Shown: piece by piece, positions 54,081 to 64,000 of the stretch
How the letters are laid out: each line of letters starts with the position of its first letter
Position numbering within the stretch: position 1 is the stretch's first letter
NCBI GenBank assembly: GCA_964016885.1
Contig: OZ024743.1
Location: forward strand, 79,174,001-79,238,000
Source: Eledone cirrhosa
Lineage: Eukaryota
DNA: 64,000 nt
Direction: 5' to 3'
Notes under the pieces: model-generated
What the model was told of the DNA's origin: nothing
The model's database searches: none
What the model saw: the letters and a program-made list of their open reading frames with translations, nothing else
Made by a program: the position numbers and the translations under genes

Positions 54081-55428
54081 GTGTCTATCGCTACACACAA
54101 TGATAACATACATACCTACATACATACATACATATATATACATAATACATATATACATACATACATACATACATACATACTTACAAACATACATACATAC
54201 ACACATGCATACAAATGGCGACAGTTGTGGTCAGTGTCCGATAATCGGACGTGTGTAATTACGGCTTACATGAAGGCAACATACCATATATTGGAAAAAT
54301 TGAGCTACATTACGCGGTAAGATTACATACAATAATTCTACATAAGTGTTTGAACTGTAAGTGTGTTGTAAAACACCTATTTATATGAACGATACATACA
54401 CTTATGATATATAAACGATACATACACTTTAACATATAAATGCAACGTTGTTATATTACATTTGTAAAAAAATATGCAAGTAACGTTTTCGATTCAGAAA
54501 CAAAAACATAAATGTTTGAACTGTGAATATGTTGTAGAACACCTATTTATATGAATGATACATAAACTTTAACATATAGATACAGCGTCATTATATTATA
54601 TTACATTGATAAAGAAATATACTATGTAACGGAGTTTTTTTTTGTTGTTCTTGATTCAAACGATTCAAAAACAACGTTTAAAACACAGTTGTAGAATTAA
54701 AAACTAACTGAAAAGAAATATTACCCAAGCTGTGAATAACTTTAAATTTGATTCTGACAGAACTTTCTCGAAACTTTTAAAGAAGATCATCGACTATTTT
54801 AAAAAATAAATACAAAATATTAGTGAATAGACGAACTCATCATGGCAAAACGTACAAGTCTCCTTCGACCAAATCGCAACTACAGCCGTTGTATACAGTG
54901 GAGTTACGAGTTTAACAAAGAATTATATGAAGCTTACAAACAATCTGAACCCCAAAAGATCGGTTTTATGCAAAGGCTAAAAACTTTATGGAACTCCAAA
55001 CACCCAGAATTAAACTTTTCTCCAAAGCATTTAAATGAACAAGCAAAACGTATCATTAGATGTAAATTGATACATCTAACGGAATTGAGTGATACTACAA
55101 ATACAGCCCTTGTAGACAACCACCCCACTTCCTCTGACAGACAAAGAGAATGGCCAGCTAAATCTAACAGTGAACAGCTCACCAAAATGTTGCTGAAATC
55201 CATCCCACTTCCACTGAAGAACAGCGAGAATGGTCCGCTAACTCTAGTAGTAATTATCACCACATCAACAACGAGGCTGAAATTCATAACTCTACTGTAC
55301 AAACAGAACACCAACAACTTGTGGACACCTTACAAGTGATATGGGATAATATGTTTCAAGAGATACACAGCCTTAATGTGAGTGACAGATGGTACAACAC
55401 CAGAATCAGTAAAGAACGCACTAAATTG

Positions 55429-57893
55429 GTAGCAGCATGGTGTATAAATGTTATTGAGACACGAGTAAATTAATAATGACGTCAACAGCAGAAATTAGAG
55501 ATGAAATGTATGTTTATTTTGTTGTAGCACAAATAATGTTGGTTAACCTGTATGGTTGAAGTTACACATAAAAATGAGGTTACAAAAGGGAATGTGCCAT
55601 TGCGCCGGAAAGCCGGCTGGCTAAGGTGCAAAATCTCACCGTCACATTGTACGTGTTGCTGGTTCGAAGTTCCTGGTGCGAGAGAGAGATTCTTCAAATC
55701 TTCGCGGGTAATTTCTGCCTCAGGACGCGTAGGGATACATCCTCTTCTACTGGCGCTGATTGGCTGAGCTGAGCCAAATGACGCACGGAGAATGGATGTG
55801 AGCCCGCGGAATGTAGGTCACTACAATACTCCCCTCCTAGACGGAAGTCGATACAGATTATTGAATCAGCAAGAACAAATGCTGAAAGAGCACATCAGTG
55901 AAAAAATAATTGAGCAGAAGGATGCATGCAAGAAAAAAAATGAGGCGCTAAGGGCCGTGTTGAGCCGCTGTGTCAAATGACTAGCTGTTTTGTAGTTTAT
56001 ACGTGACCACCAAAGGTCTAACAGAAAACGGATAAAGTCTGACATGGGCGAAGTTGCTGTTCTTGCATTAAATGTTAATGGTAAGTGTTGTACCAGTAGC
56101 TGTGGATGAAGCTATTATGGTAGTTTACCAGTGCTGGCAAGAAGATGATGGGTAGGCGAGAAAATGTTGGCCTCCCAGATGTATTGCCGAATGTGCTAGG
56201 GAGCCAGGAAAAAATGGCTGGTTGCTTTGAAAAGAAAAAAAGCAAGTTGAATCTGTAGGTGGGTTGCAGTTCCATAATTCGGGCGAATCCACAGAAGTGG
56301 TGGAAATGCTGACAAATCCAGTTCTATTTGTTGTTTTCCCAGTGAGTTGGGTAAGGTAACAACATAGAGGTTGTTATGGACGATGAGTGTGCAACGAGAT
56401 GCGAAACTGTTTGAGTTCAGCTGCAATTAGCATTCTCGTGTTGCGGTGCCTGTTTGAATCCAGGTGAATTAAGCTCTATGAGTCGCTAGCATGTGACGGC
56501 ACCTCAACCAGGTGAAAAGGGATCTCGCAGAATATTAAGTTTGAAGAACATATACTAAGAACAACATGTTGGTGTGTGACAAAGAAATGTGTGCATATGC
56601 AGGCATGTAAAACAGCAAAAAAATGTGTGGGTGCAGTCATATATACAATGATAAAGAAAATGATGCAGTCATATATACAATGATAGAAGAAAAAAATGAA
56701 TTTCCATATAATACAGTTTAAAAAAAATAAATGTCCAAAATAAATGCCTGAAAAAAAAAGGAAGAAAGAAAGAATTGTTTCTTTTTTTTTAACAAAAAGT
56801 TCGTTTTTCTTTTCTTTGAAATTTCTTTGGGAAGCTAGTAGAGTTGTTGTTGTTAAAGCAAAGTCAATGAATCTTCTGTAGAGTCGAATTCGAGCGTTGA
56901 AGAACCCAGCGTCACCGAATTAGCAGCCACGTCTGACGCCATAACGGTGAGAAAACTACTGTCTCAATTTCTCGAGTCCCTGTGGTAACGAGACAGAAGG
57001 TATGGTGGTTGCGTCGGTAAAGTTACAAGCCGTTTTGAAATTTCCGATGTGTGGTGGTTTGCGTCGGTAAGGCTATGAAGCTGCCATCTCACTATTCCCT
57101 GTTGTTGGTTAGTGGTCAAACAATGTTGTCACTGCTGCTGCTGCTGCTGCTGCTGTTGTCGTTGTTGATTGTAGACAGGACTTGTCGGTAGCCATTTTGA
57201 AATTTCCTCGTGGCGTAAATTTGTTTATACATACACTGCCAATTTTAATTTTATTTTAAAAGGAATATTTTGAACTGAAAATATTCATCACGTCGGGGTT
57301 CCCACTTTTAGCAGCATGGTGTATAAATGTTATTGAGACACGAGTAAATTAATAATGACGTCAACAGCAGAAATTAGAGATGAAATGTATGTTTATTTTG
57401 TTGTAGCACAAATAATTGTTTCTACTTTTGGCACAAGGCCAGAAATTACCCAGTGCATTACTGGTACTTTATTTTATCGACCACGTAAGGATGAAAGGCA
57501 AAGTCAACCTCGGCGGGATTTGAATTCAGATCGTTAAGGGACGTAACTACTATGCTGGAAAGCATGGCGTCCGACCCTCTACCGATACTGCCAATCCACC
57601 ATAATGTTGGTTAACCTGTATGGTTGAAGTTACACATAAAAATGAGGTTACAAAAGGGAATGTGCCATTGCGCCGGAAAGCCGGCTGGCTAAGGTGCAAA
57701 ATCTCACCGTCACATTGTACGTGTTGCTGGTTCGAAGTTCCTGGTGCGAGAGAGAGATTCTTCAAATCTTCGCGGGTAATTTCTGCCTCAGGACGCGTAG
57801 GGATACATCCTCTTCTACTGGCGCTGATTGGCTGAGCTGAGCCAAATGACGCACGGAGAATGGATGTGAGCCCGCGGAATGTAGGTCACTACA
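55429..57893 (-). mobile_element. Non-autonomous Gypsy-like LTR retroelement
   Basis: LTRs 57307-57893 (5') and 55429-55825 (3') appear identical apart from a SINE. PBS 57287-57304 matches the tRNA-Trp 3' end at 16/18, and PPT AGGAGGGGAG lies at 55829-55838. Gag-like remnant at ~56075-56330. Confidence 0.85.
57417..57600 (-). mobile_element. SINE inserted in the 5' LTR with ATAAT target duplication
   Basis: Empty site in the other LTR (55531-55545). ATAAT at 57412-57416 and 57601-57605. Confidence 0.9.
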
Positions 57894-60775
57894 TACTGTA
57901 CAAACAGAACACCAAAAACTTGTGGACACCTTACAAGTGATATGGGATAATATGTTTCAAGAGATACACAGCCTTAATGTGAGTGACAGACCGTACAACA
58001 CCAGAATCAGTAAAGAACCCACTAAATTGGAATTGGAAGCGGTGAACGAAATAGCTGACAACTATCTGAAGGCTATACGATCTAAAGGTGTAGAAACGAT
58101 ATTTGAAATGCTTAACATTTTGTTATATGTTTCAGCTGTCACATTGCTATCATATAAAAAACATCTAAAACCACGCAATCAAGATACAAACAAAAAGCCT
58201 GAACCAGCGTGGATGCGAAATTTAAAAAGAAAATGTTATCCCTGAGACGAAGTATCTCACACATCGCAGTCATTATGAAATGCAACATAGAGAGCAACTT
58301 CACACGACACCAGGAAGACATAAAAAAATTAGAGAGACGATTTGGAGATACAAAATTTAAAACTTTAAACTCCAAATTACACCTGTTGAAACAATAACTC
58401 ACAGCTACAACATAAACACTAAAATATAAGTCAACAGCGCATAAACGACAAGTGGTAAATAGATTGTTTTCCAGAGATCCTAAATCAGTTTATCGCAGCT
58501 TCGGTGGCAAAAGCTCAATCTCTGTAAATGACACCCCTTCAAAAGAACAGGTTGAGAGCTACTGGAGATCTGTATGGGAAACGGATGACGGATTCAACAG
58601 ACAAACTAAATGGCTAAAAGAACTTGAACAGGACTACTGCCAACATGTCCAGACAAAACAATATGACATAGATGGGTCAATACTGGAAATAGCTCTACAG
58701 AAAATGTCGAATAGGAAATCACCAGGCTCAGACCTCATTACAGGATACTGGTTGAAGAATTTCACTTTCTATCGGCAAGATCTCATACGGCTGTTTACAG
58801 AAACCATTAAAGGCACACAAGAACTGCCCAGATGGTTATCAACTGCCACTACTTTCCTTATTCCCCAAAATAGCCAAACCACCCTTGCTAAAAATTACCG
58901 ACTAATAGCCTGCCAAAACATCATGTATAAATTATATACTGGGTGCCTTAACTTGTTCTTACAGGATCACTGTGCTACCAACAACATTATAACACCTGAG
59001 CAAGCTGGTGGAAAGAGGGAGGTGTGGGGTTTGCATAGATCACCTACTAATTAATAAAATGATTCAAGAAAAAACAACAAAGAATCGCAAAAACATGACT
59101 GTGGTGTGGCTGGACTATCAAAAAGCATTTGATAGTGTAACTCATGGGTGGATTGTTAAGGCTTTACAGTTAGCCAAAGTCCCACAACCACTGGTAGCCG
59201 CTGTTGAACGTCTGACCAAGAACTGGTGCACCAATTTGATCCTTATAGGTGAGAAGGAGCAAGACTGATAAGATACATTACCAGATGAACGGCCTCTAAC
59301 AATACAACCTCTACAGTCAGGTGACAACTACAGATATCTTGGACAGGATGAGAATGTGAGATATGAAGGACCCATAAATAAGGAGAGAACCAGAACTGAA
59401 TACCTCAGAAGAGTAAAGAAAATATGGTCATCAGAACTGTCAGCGTACAACAAATACATTGCCCACAATACTTATGCTGTGCCAATTCTAACGCCAACAT
59501 TTGGCCTGCTGAATTGGTCACTGCAAGAACTAAGTGAGATGGATGTTAGAACTCGCAAACTTCTCAGTGTTACTGGGAACTTTAACATCAATGGTGATGT
59601 GGATAGGCTATACTTCTCACCCAAGGAAGGTGGCCGTGGTCTAAAATCCATATTAACATCATGTGAGACCCGGATAGTAACACTGAAGCAACATTTTTTC
59701 AACAGAGGAAAAAGGTTGGCAACCATCTTGCCCAGGTTTATGAGCATGAAGAATAAAATATCATTATGATAGCCACTGATCTGGAGGAGAGGTATGGAAT
59801 AAAGCCTGATATAAATCTCTCACCCAGAGAAATCGGAAGATCCTATTCAATGTTCAAACAAGATGAAAAAATTGACCAATTTACAGAAAAAGTTGTGCAT
59901 GGATACTTGAGACGTAAAACACAGACCATAGAGGGGACAAACCACTCAAAAAGCCTGGCATGGAGTTCCGACAAGTTTATGACATCACACCTTGAGAGAT
60001 ATCTCTATGCAATACAGGAACAAGAACTCCCTACAAAATATCTGCTGCACAAAAGAGGAGGGCGATCAGCTGACAATAAATGTAGGCTATGTAAAACAAA
60101 TATCGAAGATGTAAGCCCATTGTTGCCAGCTGCGAAAGAATGTTATCTCGCTACTACCTCCCTATGAGACACGGTGGGATAGCTAGAACCATCTGGAACA
60201 AACTTCGGAAAACAAAATTAACAACAAACGAGGAAGAATATATCGAGACAGATGGCACTAAGGAATACTGGTGGAACCTGAAAATAAAAACTGCCACCAA
60301 ATTAAAGCACAACCGGCCTGATATTGTTGTTTGGGACCACACATTGAATACGTGTTCTGTTGTGGAGATCAGCTGCCCACTTGATATAAAAGTTGTCAGA
60401 AAAATACAGGAGAAGGAGGACATCTACGGACCATTGATGAGGAGTTCACAAATCCAGTATCCAAGATACACCTTTAGCTTCGTACCCATCATTATTGGAG
60501 CTACGGGTTATATACCAACCAGCTTGGACCAATGTATGACTGAACTTGGATTTGCGCATCTCCCTAATTCATAGTCTACAAATGGCTGCGATAGGTGGGA
60601 CCTTCAACATTTGCAAAACATTCTTGCGATTCAAGGAATGACAATTTCTTTTCTTTTACAACCTTGCCACCAGGAAGGTGGCCGTTCAAAAAATATACTC
60701 GAAATTAAGAGAAAGAGATAATAACATACATACATACAAACATATATACATACAAACATATATACATACAATGCA

Positions 60776-61470
60776 GTTCGTGAAAAAGATAGCTCCGATA
60801 ATAAACACATTAAACGTTACAGCAATGTGGAAGACATCCATGTACATAATATGAAAGAGTACTGGCGGAATGTTCCAGTAAAAACCCTAATAAAATGCAG
60901 GCATAACAGACCAGATATTATGATATGGGACAGGGAGAAGAAAGCATGCACAGTAGTGGGAATTAGCTGCCCAGCAGATGCCAATATAATATCAAAGATT
61001 AGTGAAAAGGAGAATATTTATGCAGAACTGATGAGAAACTCCAGATACTCCACCCTGATTACACCTTCAGATTTATGCCTGTGATTATTGGGGCACTGGA
61101 GTATGTTAGTAACTGCCTCAATACAAATATTGAGAAGCTAGGCTTCACAGGAACAGAAAGAACACAACTAGTTAGGAAACTACAAGTACAATCCATTAAT
61201 GGAACAGTAAAAATATGTAAAACATTCCAAAAATGTTGCATCTAATAACTGCATATACACATATACAGATACAAAGCATATACACATGCACACATACAAC
61301 TCAAAACATCCACATCCACACATACAATAACATCCATATCTACACATGCATGCATACATACGTATCTACCTAGTTGATGTGTAAATTCCAATGAGTCTTG
61401 TGTCTATGTTAGAAACCGACTCTCTCTCTATTGGTAAAACTTTGTGAAATTATAAAACCAGAATAACATA
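60776..61470 (+). mobile_element. R4/Dong family B 3' portion
   Basis: KEYWRNVPVKT..RHNRPDIMIWD..VVGISCPADANI. Homologous to 26981-27510. Confidence 0.8.
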
Positions 61471-61574
61471 CATAATTGCATACATACACACACGCACATA
61501 CACACATACATAGATACATACATTCATACTTACAAACATACTACATATACATATACATGTATGTATGTATGTCG

Positions 61575-61754
61575 TCACATGGTACCATGGGCCCAGCACT
61601 ATGTGTCAATAATTGTCACAAGTGTAGTGTTTGAACCAGAGTTTTCAAGTCGCTGGCTGGACTAAAAAGTCACACTCGTTCAGCGCATCGGTAGGGGTTT
61701 TCCTACATGGATATAAAGTAGTGGCCGTACTCGAAAACGAGTTGGCAGCCACCA
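61575..61754 (+). mobile_element. RTE-derived family C 3' end
   Basis: Reverse complement of 28200-28380, with a (GTAT)n tail. Confidence 0.7.
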
Positions 61755-61845
61755 TATATGTATGTATATATGTATGTATGTGTATATGTATGTATGTATT
61801 TATGTATGTATGTATATATGTAAGTATGTATATATGTATGTATGT

Positions 61846-62467
61846 GTCGGGTCACTCTTGAGTGCTACTGGTAACATGTAACCCAGTACAACCTGTCGCA
61901 TGGTCGGGTCGTCGGCGACTAAACCGGCAAACCACCAAATTTACTTGGTGAGGAGGTGATTTTGGACACCCTGCAGGACAAAAAACAAAACCTGACAAAG
62001 GGTGTAAGAACTGATAAGAGTCAACAGCCATCCGAAAGTGTGTAAATATGTATATAGACATGTACATATGTAGGTATATGTATATGTGTATATACATGGG
62101 TGGATGTGTATGTATATACGTGTGGACATAGAAATAGTCGGGCTGGACACCAGATCGCGTGGTTAAACCAGTATGAGTGAAGGACCCCTAACCTTTGTCA
62201 GGACATTCTTCTAGAAGGCAACTCAGGAAACTGGGATAACTCCGACATAAAACCTGCGGCTCAGTAGTTACCGATGATATTGATCTTTTCTTCTTTTCGG
62301 GTTATAGCTTACTGTCGCTCAGAGAGTGGGATTGGCTCAGTGCACAGTCTTTCCTCACTTTAAAAAATATCTTCATGCACAGGCATTGCAAGATAGAATT
62401 AATTAATAATTATTAATAATGGTATATCATGTAATGGCCATACTCGATGACGAGGGGCAGCCATCAT
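61846..62467 (+). mobile_element. RTE-derived bipartite element family D
   Basis: Homologous to 27537-28163. (GTAT)n on both sides. Confidence 0.65.
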
Positions 62468-62589
62468 ATCATGTATGTATGTATGTATGTATGTATGTAT
62501 GTATGTATGTATGTATGTATGTATGTATGTATGTATGTATGTATGTACAAGGTGTACAAGGCATGTATGTACAAGGTGTACAAGGCATG

Positions 62590-63365
62590 TGTGCTCTCTT
62601 GTCTTCGTTATGCCTGCGAGACCTGGGTCACATATCGACACCACCTTATGCAATTGGAGCGTTTCCATCAAATGTGTCTCAGACGGATCCATGGCGTTCA
62701 CTGGAGGGACCACATCAGCGATGTCGAGATTTTGGAAAGTTCTATGTGTGACAGTATAGAAGCTCTTGTGCTTAAGCAATGACTCCGTTGGAGTGGTCAC
62801 CTTGCCAGGATGAAGGATTCTAGAATACCAAAACAACTCTTTTATGGAGAGTTAGTTAAAGGAAAACGACCGCCACATAAACCAAAAAAGAGGTATAAGG
62901 ATTCCTTGAAAGCCTCCCTGAAAGACGCTAACATCTCTGTAATAAATGGAGAAAGACTGTATATGAGGTAAAAGTTGCCTTTGAGGCATCTCGAATCGCA
63001 TACGAGAAAGTAAAGTGGGATGTGAGGAAGGGCATTGCTGTTGCATTTCCAGACAGCGAAGGTCCTCCTATGGCGTTGACATGCAGCGTCTGTGCGAGAT
63101 TCTGCCTAAGCAAAGCTGGACTCGAAAGTCATCTTCGCAGTCATAAAGTAAGACCAGTGGTTGACTACCAGGCTGCTGTTATAGATGCTACTCATCATGC
63201 TTACCAAGCATGTGGTAGAGAATGTAAAGCAGCAGGAGGGATCAAACGACATGCAAAAGTACATGAACTCCAACCACAGCCGGCTATTCCCAGTGAATGT
63301 TTTGGTTGCCGACTCTGTGCAAGACATTTTAGATCATTGGCTGGGCTAAAAAGCCACATTTGATC
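62590..63365 (+). mobile_element. RTE (BovB-like) LINE 3' fragment with three C2H2 remnants
   Basis: LRYACETWVTY..LERFHQMCLRRI..WRDHISD, LRWSGHLARMKDSRIPKQLFYGEL, CSVCARFCLSKAGLESHLRSH, CRLCARHFRSLAGLKSH. Confidence 0.9.
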
Positions 63366-63478
63366 GTAGCGCTGTTAGTTGCTATCGTATGTGTGTGTGT
63401 GTATAGATATGTTTATGTGTGTGTATATATATATGTATATGTATATTATTATTGTTGTTGTTGTCGTTATTATTTTTG

Positions 63479-63519
<41 letters not shown>

Positions 63520-64000
63520 GAATGCCATGGTTGACGGAGGCTCGGCTCTGTAAGGTATAGTAATTTTTAACCGTTAAAACAATTGTAAATTGTTTAAAAC
63601 TTGAACCAAATTGTTGATAAAGACACCCTCCTCCTCGTGAGAGGGGTCTTTCTGTCCGTTATTTGGCCCTTCGGGGTTAAATAACCAGTTATTGGGGTTT
63701 TGTACCCAAAATTTCATTTTAAACAAAAAAACAACATGGCTACGAAAAAGAAATTTCATACGTCAGTCCCACTCATTCCGTCTTCTTCCTCAATCATCAC
63801 TACAGCAGAGAGAAGATTGTCTCTCTCCCTCCCTTCTTTAAATGTGTCTCTCTCCCTCCCTTCTCTTTCGCAAGTGACGAAAGAAAAGAAAAGTCTCGTG
63901 CAAAGCGTGCAAGGTTTCTCCACGACGACGACGACAGCGACGAAACAGGTGTGCGGGAAATACGAAAACCCAGTTCATTCGTCTGACGTCAGGAATAATA

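Larger units (their letters stand above)
54213..60722 (+). mobile_element. Near-full-length decayed R4/Dong RLE retrotransposon (family A), interrupted by an LTR element
   Basis: ORF pieces run from 54842, including KSPGSDLITGYWLK, NYRLIACQNIMYKLYT, EQAGGK, VWLDYQKAFDSVTH, CCHC and NRPDIVVWD. The RT catalytic (YxDD) region is deleted near 59270. The 5' boundary is approximate. Confidence 0.85.

Noticed and set aside
63574-63759. 61-aa ORF as a host exon
   Set aside because: No recognisable domain or splice support.

Overview
This is a eukaryotic, AT-rich, repeat-saturated window with no recognisable intact host protein-coding gene. The microsatellite load and SINE/LINE families suggest an octopod cephalopod (inference). 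Most of the ORF track is translated microsatellite. The supportable content is: (i) about 20 type-I hammerhead ribozyme (HHR) or HHR-like motifs from several sequence families, many in fold-back inverted repeats abutting (TA)n tracts, two of them directly 3' of Penelope-like (PLE) GIY-YIG endonuclease remnants; (ii) two R4/Dong-type RLE non-LTR families and several RTE-derived elements clustered in (TACA)n/(TGTA)n microsatellites with opposite strand polarity; (iii) a non-autonomous Gypsy-like LTR element (tRNA-Trp PBS, PPT) nested in a Dong element and flanked by an anomalous 137-bp duplication; (iv) a Chapaev3-type DNA transposon, a CR1 fragment with a CCCH-finger ORF1, a HINE-like element and many tRNA-derived SINEs; (v) a tRNA-Leu(TAA) gene or pseudogene; (vi) several minisatellites, including an 8.8-kb 37/40-bp array with a ~3.2-kb internal duplication and a 65-bp array amplified from RTE coding sequence. 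All structures were read by eye. No folding or database searches were run.
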